Assembly: GCA_913030605.1 (NCBI GenBank) | Contig: CAJWEZ010000008.1 | Span: forward strand, 2,266-66,265 | Direction: 5' to 3' | From: an uncultured Spirochaeta sp. | GTDB lineage: Bacteria > Spirochaetota > Spirochaetia > DSM-27196 > Alkalispirochaetaceae | DNA length: 64,000 nucleotides | Shown here: one piece after another, positions 30,715-39,575 of the stretch | Position numbering within the stretch: position 1 is the stretch's first letter | Layout of the letters: every line of letters starts with the position of its first letter | Notes under the pieces: generated by a model | The model's database searches: none | Seen by the model: only the letters and a program-made list of their open reading frames with translations | Told to the model about the DNA's origin: nothing | Translations under genes and position numbers: made by a program

Positions 30715-31712
30715 CGGAGCGGTTCTCCTTTCCGTGCCCGCCGGAATCGGACGGCGAACGAATCGACCGCGTCGTCGCCGACGCCCTGCCGCACATCCAC
30801 CGCAGCCAGCTGCGGCAGCGGCTTCAGGGGCTGACCCGCAACGGCGCGCCGGCAAAGCGGGCGACGAAGGTCCATACCGGAGACACCATATCGGGAACCG
30901 TCCTTCCGCCACCGCCGACTGATGTCACCGGTGAACCGATCCCACTGCGCGTCCTGGCGGAGGAACCCGGCTACATCGTCATAGACAAGGAACAGGGCAT
31001 GGTGGTGCATCCCGGTGCGGGAAACCACACCGGCACGCTCGTCCACGCCCTGGTCTGGCGCTACAGCGGAGACCGGTTCTTCGCCTCTGCAACCGACGAC
31101 GGCGACGATGACTCCGGCGACCCGCCACGACCCGGGATCGTGCACCGCCTCGACAAGGACACCAGCGGGGTCATGATCGTCGCCAGGACGCCGCAGATTC
31201 ATGCCTGGCTTGTGGAGCAGTTTTCGTCCCGAACGATACACAAGGAGTATCTGGCGATCGTAAAAGGGGTCCCGTCGCGGCGCAGCGGGGAGATCCGGGC
31301 TCCCCTGGGGCGGGATCCGCACAACCGGATCCGGTTCGCCGTACGGGGAGAAGCGGTGCTCGACGGCTCCGGCGAGCCCGACGTTCCCGCCGGCGCCCGA
31401 AACGCAACCACGGCGTATCGCGTCCTCGCCACGTACGAGGGGGCGTACAGCCTGGTCCGTCTGCACCCCACCACGGGCCGCACCCACCAGCTCCGGGTGC
31501 ACATGCAGTTTCTCGGGCATCCGATTCTGGGCGATCCGCTCTACGCCCGGCCCGACCCGCGGTTTCCGCACGCCCGTCTCATGCTTCACGCCCGGATGCT
31601 GGAGCTCCAACCGGAGCCGAACGCGAGCGTTCGCCGGTTTGTTGCCCCCCCGCCGGAGCGATTCAGGACGATTCTTCGCTCGCTGCGGCCGGATCGCGAT
31701 AGTACGGGCTGA
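30711..31712 (+). CDS. RluA/RluD-family pseudouridine synthase with S4 domain
   Basis: RID...HRSQ S4-like region, KEQGMVVHPG, GIVHRLDKDTSG, TGRTHQLRVH, HPILGDPLY. Confidence 0.93.
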   Translation: MTERFSFPCPPESDGERIDRVVADALPHIHRSQLRQRLQGLTRNGAPAKRATKVHTGDTISGTVLPPPPTDVTGEPIPLRVLAEEPGYIVIDKEQGMVVHPGAGNHTGTLVHALVWRYSGDRFFASATDDGDDDSGDPPRPGIVHRLDKDTSGVMIVARTPQIHAWLVEQFSSRTIHKEYLAIVKGVPSRRSGEIRAPLGRDPHNRIRFAVRGEAVLDGSGEPDVPAGARNATTAYRVLATYEGAYSLVRLHPTTGRTHQLRVHMQFLGHPILGDPLYARPDPRFPHARLMLHARMLELQPEPNASVRRFVAPPPERFRTILRSLRPDRDSTG

Positions 31713-32277
31713 GCGTCCGTTCCGCCAGAAGCGTGCTCGGCGGTCCCACCGACGGCAACATGAGCGTGTCCTCGGGCAGCGTGAAAAGGTAGTCCTTCAC
31801 GGTTGCGACAAGCAGCGCTTCCGCAAACGCTGTGGCGGTCTCACCGAGGGTTCCGGCATGGACGATCGACCCGGTGAACACGAGCGAGTCAAGCTGATAG
31901 ACGAACGAGCTGCGCGAATGCGGGAGGACGGGAATCGCGTGAAACGTCATACCGCAGCAGTCGACGTCCGTTTCGTCATCCAGGTGCCGACGTCGGGCTG
32001 CGGGCACGTCCCGGGAACCGGAAATCACTTCGAGATCGAAGATCTTCTGGATCGTCTTCAGCGCCCGGATCATGTACGTCTCGGGATGCGTGATCAGGAC
32101 CGCGCGCAGGTCGAGTTCGTGCGTGACCAGCAGCTGGAACAGTTCCCGGTCGAGGGTCACCGGATCCACGAGCAGCGCCTCGTGACGGTCCCGGCGCGCC
32201 ACCAGATGCGTCGTGGTTTCGCTGCCGGGAGAGAAGTAGGGTATGACGCGCAGTCGCGGGTGGAGCATCAGAAACAC
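31663..32277 (-). CDS. Metallo-beta-lactamase-fold protein with degenerate metal site
   Basis: ALLVDP, AVLITHPETYM (vs THxHxDH), LPHSRSS (vs PGHT), VFTGSI (vs FTGD), PSVGPPST (vs PGHG). Confidence 0.72.
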   Translation of the reverse strand: MFLMLHPRLRVIPYFSPGSETTTHLVARRDRHEALLVDPVTLDRELFQLLVTHELDLRAVLITHPETYMIRALKTIQKIFDLEVISGSRDVPAARRRHLDDETDVDCCGMTFHAIPVLPHSRSSFVYQLDSLVFTGSIVHAGTLGETATAFAEALLVATVKDYLFTLPEDTLMLPSVGPPSTLLAERTLSPYYRDPAAASEESS

Positions 32278-32771
32278 GCCTCCTCGAAGTTGGAATGCTT
32301 GAAACTGACCTCACGGCGCTCACTGAACTGAAACAGAGCGTTCTTGATGTCGCAGTTGATGAACTTCACGGTGGTGAGAGATGCGTTGAGGAATCGACTC
32401 TGGCGCAGCGAGGCGTCGCTGAAATCACTGTCGGCGGCATCGATCGCGTTGAAGTTGCACTGGTCCGCCGTGGCTCCAACGAACGATGCGCCCCTGAGAC
32501 GGGCGCCGGCAAACACCGACTCAAAGATGAAGGCGTCCACGAACGAACACGTCTCGATCGTCGTCAGATCGGCAAACACGCACTCCAGGGTCGCCTCCTC
32601 GAAGCGACAGCTGCGAAGGGTGGCACCGGAAAACCGCACCCACCGCAGATGCCGTCCCGAAAAATCCAGGTCGTGCAGATCCCGACCGCGGCAGTCGAGG
32701 TATTCGAGGATCGGAGTGTCGGAGGCGAGCAGCTGTTCAAGCTCGGCGGTTCCACAGGGCCTGACGAACAT
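32268..32771 (-). CDS. Pentapeptide-repeat protein
   Basis: Runs of (A/C/S)-x-(F/L)-x-x repeats: DLDFSG, VRFSGATL, CRFEEATL, SDFSDASL, SRFLNASL, VKFINCDI; start ATG 32771, 6 nt after minus-strand TACACT. Confidence 0.88.
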   Translation of the reverse strand: MFVRPCGTAELEQLLASDTPILEYLDCRGRDLHDLDFSGRHLRWVRFSGATLRSCRFEEATLECVFADLTTIETCSFVDAFIFESVFAGARLRGASFVGATADQCNFNAIDAADSDFSDASLRQSRFLNASLTTVKFINCDIKNALFQFSERREVSFKHSNFEEACF

Positions 32772-32798
32772 GCCCCTAGTGTAGGCGCCCGTCCCAAC

Positions 32799-32827
32799 TT
32801 GCACAAGGAAAATGGCGGCGGTACAAT
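32799..32827 (+). promoter_or_regulatory. sigma70 promoter, leaderless geometry
   Basis: TTGCAC (32799-804), 17 nt, TACAAT (32822-27), 6 nt, ATG 32834. Confidence 0.75.
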
Positions 32828-32833
32828 CGCGCC

Positions 32834-33115
32834 ATGGCGGTGTGCTACAAATGCGGGACCGAGTTTCCCCGGGACATGGTGGTAACGCGGGTTCTCGAAT
32901 GCCCGTCATGCAACGCGCCGGTCCGCTGCTGTCGGAACTGCACGTTCTATGAGCCCGGTGCGCACTGGGACTGTCGCGAAACGATTCCGGATCCCGTGTT
33001 CGACAAGGAGCGGAGCAACTTCTGCGACTATTTCAGACTCGCAACCGGCGGGAGCGGCGGCGGCTCAAACGGCTCGTCGTCCGCCCGCGACGACTTCGAC
33101 TCCCTGTTTTCCTGA
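32834..33115 (+). CDS. Small Cys-rich (Zn-binding-like) conserved hypothetical protein
   Basis: CYKC...CPSC...CCRNC...DCRE...NFCDYF; 93 aa. Confidence 0.78.
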   Translation: MAVCYKCGTEFPRDMVVTRVLECPSCNAPVRCCRNCTFYEPGAHWDCRETIPDPVFDKERSNFCDYFRLATGGSGGGSNGSSSARDDFDSLFS

Positions 33116-33123
33116 TCCGCACA

Positions 33124-33939
33124 ATGATCCTCTTTTTCGATTCCGGCGTCGGAGGACTGGCGTACCTCGAGGAGTTTCGCCGACGGGCCCCGGGCTTCCA
33201 GAGCGTGTACCTTGCCGATACGGCAGCCTTTCCTTACGGCGAACGCGACCCGGAGGATGTGCGACGCCGCGTCACGGCCCTTGTTCAGGCGATGGCCACG
33301 CGGTATCCGCTTCGCGCGGCGGTGATCGCGTGCAACACCGCCTCGGTGGTCGCGCTCGATGCCGTTCGGCAGGTGGTTTCGTTCCCGGTTGTCGGAACGG
33401 TTCCCGCGGTGAAACCCGCCGCGGCCGGCACCCGGTCAGGACACATCGCCGTCCTGGCAACGCGGAACACCGTTGCCGACCCCTACACGGACGACCTGGT
33501 GGACCGTTTCGCCCGCGTCGCCCGCGTCACTCGTCTCGGACTGCCACGGCTGGTGACGGCGGCGGAGGAGGATCTGTGCGCGCCGGACCCCGATCGGATC
33601 AGCGCGATCATTCGAGAGGATGTGGCGGGCCGTCTGGACCCCGATGTCGACACCGTTGTGCTGGCGTGCACCCACTTTGTTCGCTACCGGAATCTTTTCC
33701 GTCAGATTCTCGGTGACGGCGTCGATGTGGTGGACTCGCTGGACGGCGTTACGCGCCGCCTCCTGTACGTGATCGGGGCCCAGTCCTCACCGGACGCCGA
33801 TATGATCACCGCGGACGCGGACAACGCGCCTGAGCTGTTCTTCACCCCCGCCGGCGGTAGCGGTGACGGGCTTCCTCCGGCGCTGAGCTGTCGGCGTCAG
33901 GACCTGGGGTGGCGCCCGTTCCCGGGAAGAGCACCGTGA
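33124..33939 (+). CDS. murI: Glutamate racemase
   Basis: FDSGVGGL, FPYG, IACNTAS, VLACTHF (two catalytic Cys). Confidence 0.94.
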   Translation: MILFFDSGVGGLAYLEEFRRRAPGFQSVYLADTAAFPYGERDPEDVRRRVTALVQAMATRYPLRAAVIACNTASVVALDAVRQVVSFPVVGTVPAVKPAAAGTRSGHIAVLATRNTVADPYTDDLVDRFARVARVTRLGLPRLVTAAEEDLCAPDPDRISAIIREDVAGRLDPDVDTVVLACTHFVRYRNLFRQILGDGVDVVDSLDGVTRRLLYVIGAQSSPDADMITADADNAPELFFTPAGGSGDGLPPALSCRRQDLGWRPFPGRAP

Positions 33940-34859
33940 CTGCCACCGTCCTGTGGGGCGCCAACAATATCTACAGCCTTCGCGCCGACGACGGACGGGT
34001 GTTCGAGCACGTACGGCTCAAGGGCAAGACGCTGCCGGGGACGGAAGAGGAACACAACCCGCTGGCTCCCGGTGACGTCGTGGAACTGGATGAGACCGGC
34101 GGGACCGCACGAATCCTCCGACGCGTCGAGCGGCGGAACACGGTCCTTCGGTGGAACCGTACCCGCCACCGGATGCAGGCGATCGCGGCCAACGCCGACC
34201 GACTGTGCATCGTCGCCAGCGCCGGCACCCCGGTGTACCGGGCGGCCTTTGTCGACCGGGTCCTGGTCATGGCGGAGCTGGAGGAGATTCCAGCGATGAT
34301 CGTGGTTAACAAGTCGGACCTGCCGTTGTCCGATGACGCCACCGAGCACCTGGAGGTGCTGCAGTCCGTGGGATACGCCGTCGTCGCCACCGCCGCCACC
34401 GTCGACGACGACACCGGAGTCGCTACCCTCACACGGATGCTTTCGGGGCAGGTTTCGGTGTTCTTCGGTCAGTCGGGCGTCGGGAAGTCGTCGCTGATCA
34501 ACGCACTGGTCCCGGGACTCGACCTGGCAACCGGTGATGTGTCGCGCCGGTATCGACGCGGTCGCCACACGACGACCCTGGCGCGCCAGGTGCTGGTACA
34601 CGGAGAACGCGGCGACACGGTGTATATCGACACCCCCGGGGTTCGCGAGTATGACCTCTTCGGCTATGGAGTCACCGAAGTCGCCGCCGGGTTTCGTGAG
34701 TTCCGCGCCGAACTGTCGGATTGCGCGATGCCGGGGTGCACCCACGTCCACGAGCCGCGGTGCGCAGTCCGCGCGGCCGTCGCCGCGGGGCGTATTCATC
34801 AGCGCCGCTACGAAGCGTACTGCCGGGTGGCACAGACACTACAGGGAGCCGGATCATGA
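33936..34859 (+). CDS. rsgA: Ribosome small subunit-dependent GTPase A
   Basis: AANAD, NKSD, GQSGVGKSSLIN, RGRHTTT, DTPG, CAMPGCTHVHEPRC Zn finger. Confidence 0.95.
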   Translation: MTATVLWGANNIYSLRADDGRVFEHVRLKGKTLPGTEEEHNPLAPGDVVELDETGGTARILRRVERRNTVLRWNRTRHRMQAIAANADRLCIVASAGTPVYRAAFVDRVLVMAELEEIPAMIVVNKSDLPLSDDATEHLEVLQSVGYAVVATAATVDDDTGVATLTRMLSGQVSVFFGQSGVGKSSLINALVPGLDLATGDVSRRYRRGRHTTTLARQVLVHGERGDTVYIDTPGVREYDLFGYGVTEVAAGFREFRAELSDCAMPGCTHVHEPRCAVRAAVAAGRIHQRRYEAYCRVAQTLQGAGS

Positions 34860-37231
34860 ACGCCATACACGCCCTCGAGTTCGACCGCATCCGCGATCGC
34901 CTCGCCGGGTACGCCGCCACCGCAGAGGGTCGCGAAGCCCTCACACGGCTGGAACCGCACGCCGACGGTGACCGTCTGGACCGGCAGCAGGTCGTCGTGG
35001 GCTGGATCCTGCGACGGGTGGAGGAGGGGGCCGCTCCCCCCGGAGGCGACGTGGCTCCCGTGGAACCGCTTCTGGCGGCGGTAGACCGCGACGGAGCCGT
35101 ACTCGAGGCGGAGGCGCTCCGTGACATTCGCGCGTTCCTGGAGTACGCCCGCGACGTGCTGCGGTTTTTCCGCCGCGCCGGTGACGGTGACGGCGACGGC
35201 GATGCCAGCGCCGACCGGCTTCCGGCGGCTGTCAGCGAACTGGTGTCAGACATCGACACGCCACGGGAACTCCTGCGGGACCTCGCCCGCATGATCCTGC
35301 CGGACGGCACCGTGAATCAGGAGGCGATTCCGGAACTGGCTCGCCTGCGGGCCGACATCCGCCGCCTCAACCAGTCGCTCCTCGATTCCGCGGAGCAGAT
35401 GATTCGGCGCGACCGGCACATGTACCAGGGCGACCGACCGACGATTCGCGATGGACGTACGGTCGTTCCGCTGGCCGCAAACTTCCGGGGGCGCGTGGAC
35501 GGGATCGTCCACGAAGCCAGCGGCAGCGGGGAAACGGTCTACGTCGAACCACGGGAACTGGTGGACCTCAACAACGACCTCGTACAGGCCCACAACGGCA
35601 TTCTCCGCGAAATCCGCCGCGTCCTCCGGGAACTCAGCGCTGCCGTCCGTCGGGAGGTACCGCTGCTGATCCGACTGCACCACCGGACGGTGGAGATCGA
35701 CCAGCTGCTGGCCAGAGCACGCTACGCCGTGGAGCACGGCGGCCGCATCGTCCCCTCCGGAGATCGCATCGTTCTCTCCCGGGCGCGACACCCGCTGCTG
35801 GGGCCCGGATGCGTCCCGCTGGACATCGCCTACAGCCCCGAAACGCGCATCATGGTCGTGAGCGGCCCCAACACCGGCGGGAAAACCGTGCTCCTCAAGA
35901 CGGTTGGCCTGCTCTCCATGATGCACCAGGCCGCAATTCCGATCCCCGTCGGCGACGGCACCGTCCTGCCCCGCTTCGACTACTGGGGCGTGGACATCGG
36001 CGACGAACAGTCCCTCGATGCGGCGCTCTCGACGTTCTCGGGGCACCTCCGAAACCTGGCCGAGGTCTGTCGCGAGGCGGGTGCGGGCAGCCTCATCCTC
36101 CTCGACGAGCTCGGCAGCGGCACGGATCCCGATGAGGGTGCCGCGCTCTCCATGGCGATCGTGGACCATCTGATCGAGCGCGGAAGCACCGTGCTGGCGA
36201 CCACCCACCAGACCGTCCTGAAACACTACGGGTACACCCGGTCGGCGGCGGAGAACGCCTCGATGGCGTTCGACGAGACAACGCACCGTCCCACGTACAC
36301 CGTGGTTCCCGGACGCCCCGGTGCGAGTCACGCCCTGGAGACCGCCCGCCAACAGGGACTGGACCCGGCGGTCCTCTCGCGGGCGGAAACCTATCACGGT
36401 GACCGGGAAACCAGCGTCGCCGAGATCATCAACCGCCTGGGCGAGCTGGAACGGGACCTGGCCGCCGAACGGTCCGCGGCCGCCAGAGAGCGGGAGGCAC
36501 TGCACGCGCGGGACGCAGAACTCCAGCGACGGGAACGGGAGGTTGAGGAATACGCCACACGCCTCCGCAAGGAGGGCCTCGTCGAGCTCGATCGCGTGCT
36601 TCGCGACGCCCGCAGCCGAATCGAAGGCGAAGTACGCCGCCTGCGGGAACGGGGTGGCGAGATCTCCCGGGAGGACATTCGCGCCGCCCACGACGTCGTC
36701 CGGGAGATCGAAACACAGCGCGACGAACATGACCGCCGGGTATCCGAGGCGCGCAACCGCAACACCTCCGATACCGCCTCCGACGGACGGGCACCGCGGA
36801 CGGGGGACGAGGTGCGCCACGTACGAACCGCCCGGCGCGGCACTGTTCGTGAGATTCGCGGAGACCGGGCCGAGGTTCAGTTCGGGGCGATTCGCATGCG
36901 CGTTCCGATCGCAGAGCTGGAGGTCGTCGAAGACGGGAGCAACACCACGCCGGCACCCGCCGCACCCACCGCGCGTCCCCACCTCACCTCGGTCATGGAA
37001 CTCGACCTTCGCGGCCGGCGCCTCGCGGATGCCCTCGAGGAACTGGAACGCCAGCTGGATGCCGCGGTTCTCAACGGCATGACATCGTTTTCGGTGATCC
37101 ACGGGATGGGAACCGGGGTTCTGCAAAAAGGGGTCCGTGACTACCTTCAGGCGAGACCGGAGGTCGCCGCGTTCGATTTCGCCGCCCCCGAGGAGGGCGG
37201 CTTCGGCAAAACGGTGGTGCGCCTCGCTTGA
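34856..37231 (+). CDS. mutS2: MutS2 (ATPase + coiled coil + KOW + Smr)
   Basis: LEFDRI, SGPNTGGKT, DIGDEQSL...LSTFSGH, LDELGSGTDPDEG, C-terminal LDLRG...IHGMGTGVL Smr domain. Confidence 0.95.
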   Translation: MNAIHALEFDRIRDRLAGYAATAEGREALTRLEPHADGDRLDRQQVVVGWILRRVEEGAAPPGGDVAPVEPLLAAVDRDGAVLEAEALRDIRAFLEYARDVLRFFRRAGDGDGDGDASADRLPAAVSELVSDIDTPRELLRDLARMILPDGTVNQEAIPELARLRADIRRLNQSLLDSAEQMIRRDRHMYQGDRPTIRDGRTVVPLAANFRGRVDGIVHEASGSGETVYVEPRELVDLNNDLVQAHNGILREIRRVLRELSAAVRREVPLLIRLHHRTVEIDQLLARARYAVEHGGRIVPSGDRIVLSRARHPLLGPGCVPLDIAYSPETRIMVVSGPNTGGKTVLLKTVGLLSMMHQAAIPIPVGDGTVLPRFDYWGVDIGDEQSLDAALSTFSGHLRNLAEVCREAGAGSLILLDELGSGTDPDEGAALSMAIVDHLIERGSTVLATTHQTVLKHYGYTRSAAENASMAFDETTHRPTYTVVPGRPGASHALETARQQGLDPAVLSRAETYHGDRETSVAEIINRLGELERDLAAERSAAAREREALHARDAELQRREREVEEYATRLRKEGLVELDRVLRDARSRIEGEVRRLRERGGEISREDIRAAHDVVREIETQRDEHDRRVSEARNRNTSDTASDGRAPRTGDEVRHVRTARRGTVREIRGDRAEVQFGAIRMRVPIAELEVVEDGSNTTPAPAAPTARPHLTSVMELDLRGRRLADALEELERQLDAAVLNGMTSFSVIHGMGTGVLQKGVRDYLQARPEVAAFDFAAPEEGGFGKTVVRLA

Positions 37232-37264
37232 GTCTTGCCGCCCCGGCGCGGTAGGATCGCCGCT

Positions 37265-37903
37265 GTGAAACGAACCGTAATCCGCGTCCTGCTGACCGTC
37301 CTCATGGTCGGCGCTCTGTCCTCGTGTCTCTCAACCGAGGCGTCGATCGATTTCAGTGGCGACCGGACGCAACTGAGTCTTGTCTACACGATCCCGCGCT
37401 CCGTCTGGGATCTCGGTGTGTTCGACGAGGGGAGCCCCGAACGGGCGATCCCGGTCTCCGAACGCGACGCCCGCGAAACCGCAGGCCTCTACGATGATGT
37501 TGAACTCGTTCGCTACGCCCTTCGTCGCAACGACGACGCGGTGACGATCGAGACGATCTACCGCGTCGGATCCGACGACAGCCTGGCGGCGCTCTGGGGC
37601 ACCATCGGATCGGGACATCTGGTCATAGACCGTGAGCGCGGCACGATTACCGTGCCGATCGGAGCCGGTATCGGGTCGGTAGACGGCGATCAGCGCCAGC
37701 TCATCGCCGATACCTTTCGCGACCAGACCTTCTCGCTGGAGCTTCGGGCTCCCGCAAGCATCCAGGGAGAACCACCGCAGCGGCCGTCCGGGACGGTGAT
37801 CGACGGTGGCTCCACCTCGGTCTTTCATTGGGAGGTTCCCATGGCCGATCTGATGCTGGCGGAAGAGCCGAGTGAGGTGCGGGCACGCTGGGAGGTTCGG
37901 TAA
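37265..37903 (+). CDS. Putative lipoprotein, unknown function
   Basis: GTG start; MKRTVIRVLLTVLMVGALSS-C lipobox-like signal; 7 nt after TAGGAT. Confidence 0.68.
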   Translation: MKRTVIRVLLTVLMVGALSSCLSTEASIDFSGDRTQLSLVYTIPRSVWDLGVFDEGSPERAIPVSERDARETAGLYDDVELVRYALRRNDDAVTIETIYRVGSDDSLAALWGTIGSGHLVIDRERGTITVPIGAGIGSVDGDQRQLIADTFRDQTFSLELRAPASIQGEPPQRPSGTVIDGGSTSVFHWEVPMADLMLAEEPSEVRARWEVR

Positions 37904-38292
37904 TGCGTGGTCGCGGGGTTCAGGACTTCGAAAACCGCATGAAGCAGCTCTTCGACCGGGTCGACGGCGAACTGGAGGATCGGTGGGGAAACGAGTACCC
38001 CCTCCATCCGGCGCGAACACCGCGGGGTCGGTCCGGAAACCCGGAAAGCGACGGCCTGTTCAACGTCGGAGCCACTTTCTCGGCCGGCTACGGGAGCGAG
38101 CACGGCAAGGGATACGTGATCGAAATGCGCATGGTCACTCTCGATCACGTGGACCGGCAGACGCGCGAGGAGGTCAGGGCGTACACCGCCCGGCGGGTGT
38201 CCGAGCTCCTTCCGGAATACTTCCCCGACCGACACCTCGAGGTCGTTCACGACGGAAATCTGTTCAAAATCACGGGGGACTTGTCGCTCTGA
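37903..38292 (+). CDS. Conserved hypothetical protein upstream of V-ATPase operon
   Basis: TAATG-coupled; YPLHPAR..RG...NPESDGLFNVGATFSAGYGS..GKGY. Confidence 0.72.
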   Translation: MRGRGVQDFENRMKQLFDRVDGELEDRWGNEYPLHPARTPRGRSGNPESDGLFNVGATFSAGYGSEHGKGYVIEMRMVTLDHVDRQTREEVRAYTARRVSELLPEYFPDRHLEVVHDGNLFKITGDLSL

Positions 38293-38308
38293 ATCGCCGT
38301 GGCCGGCC

Positions 38309-38337
38309 TTGCAGCTGCCGTGCCATGACGATAGTAT
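38309..38337 (+). promoter_or_regulatory. sigma70 promoter of V-ATPase operon
   Basis: TTGCAG (38309-14), 17 nt, TAGTAT (38332-37); AAAGGA SD before ATG 38373. Confidence 0.65.
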
Positions 38338-38372
38338 TAGTCCCAAACAGCGATGCACACAAAGGACCGCAC

Positions 38373-38984
38373 ATGGAAACCCAACTTCAGGACATAATCG
38401 ATAAGATCCACGACGAAGGTGTGAAAGGCGCCGAGGAACGCGCCCGTCAGATCGTTGAATCCGCCGAAAAACAGGCGCGCGAAACGGTGGACAAGGCCAA
38501 AACCGAGGCGCAGTCGATCGTGAAGCAGGCCGAGCAGGAAGCCCAGAAGCACCGGGCCGCCGGCGACGCCGCTCTCAAGCAGTCGTCCCGCGATCTGCTG
38601 CTGGCTGTCCGCACCCGGCTGACGGAGCTGTTCGACTCGGTTCAGCGCGAACAGGTCGGTGAGGCGCTCTCCGCGGACCGCATGGGTTCCATCATCGCGG
38701 GACTGATTCAGTCCTGGAGCACCTCCAGCGACGACCGCTTCGAAGTGCTGGTGAGCGAAAAGGACCGCGATGCCGTGGAGACATCCCTGCGCTCCGCTCT
38801 GTCCGACAAACTCAAGAACGGCGTCGATCTCCGGCCCGTCCGTGGCGTAAACGCGGGCTTCCGGGTCGGGACGAAGGACGGAGCCGCGTACTATGATTTC
38901 ACCGACGAAACGCTGGCGGAACTGCTGGCTGCCTATCTGAACCCCCGTCTCGCCGAGATCATGAAAAACGCGGCGCAGGAGTAG
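38373..38984 (+). CDS. ntpE: V-type ATP synthase subunit E
   Basis: QLQDIIDKIHDEGV N-terminal coiled coil, GFRVG...YYDFT.E.LAELL..YLNPRL. Confidence 0.9.
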   Translation: METQLQDIIDKIHDEGVKGAEERARQIVESAEKQARETVDKAKTEAQSIVKQAEQEAQKHRAAGDAALKQSSRDLLLAVRTRLTELFDSVQREQVGEALSADRMGSIIAGLIQSWSTSSDDRFEVLVSEKDRDAVETSLRSALSDKLKNGVDLRPVRGVNAGFRVGTKDGAAYYDFTDETLAELLAAYLNPRLAEIMKNAAQE

Positions 38985-38996
38985 GGGAGTATCGCG

Positions 38997-39575
38997 GTGA
39001 GGCAGTACTACTACACCGTATCGTCGCTCCCGGCGCTCAAGTTCGAGGAAGAGCCCGCCTTTTCGGTCGAGGATTTTCTCGAGGCCTGCGCCGTTGAACT
39101 CACGGCCGAGGACTACGACTACGTCACCTCGGCAACGATCAGGCTCGAGGGTGACACCGCGTCGGTCCCCGGCGTTGCCACCGGCGATCCCGCCGGAACG
39201 CTCGGCGAATGGATCCGTATACTCCGGGAGTTCCAGCAGCAGGCTGCGGTGATCCGCGCCCAGAATCTCGGCTGGGAAACGGACCGCCTCCCGCGTCCGG
39301 ACATGCGGGACGCGTCGATCCCCGAGCGCCTGCGACAGATACTCAACGAGGAAAACCCGCTGAAACGGGAGCAGGGGATCCTGCGGTGGCTCTGGAGTAC
39401 CGCGGAATCCCTCGGCATCGGTCACCACTTCGACCGGGAAACCCTGGCCCTATATCATCTCAAACTGCAGATTGCCCTTCGTCGGGTTCGCATTTCCGAC
39501 AGTGACGCCGGAAATGAGGAGTTCGAGCGGCAGTATTCGCAGGTTGCAGAGCCACTGATGGAGATTGCTACATGA
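38997..39575 (+). CDS. V-type ATPase subunit C-like (DUF2764-type)
   Basis: YYY.VSSLPAL, HFD.E.L..Y.LKLQI; positioned between subunits E and A. Confidence 0.8.
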   Translation: MRQYYYTVSSLPALKFEEEPAFSVEDFLEACAVELTAEDYDYVTSATIRLEGDTASVPGVATGDPAGTLGEWIRILREFQQQAAVIRAQNLGWETDRLPRPDMRDASIPERLRQILNEENPLKREQGILRWLWSTAESLGIGHHFDRETLALYHLKLQIALRRVRISDSDAGNEEFERQYSQVAEPLMEIAT

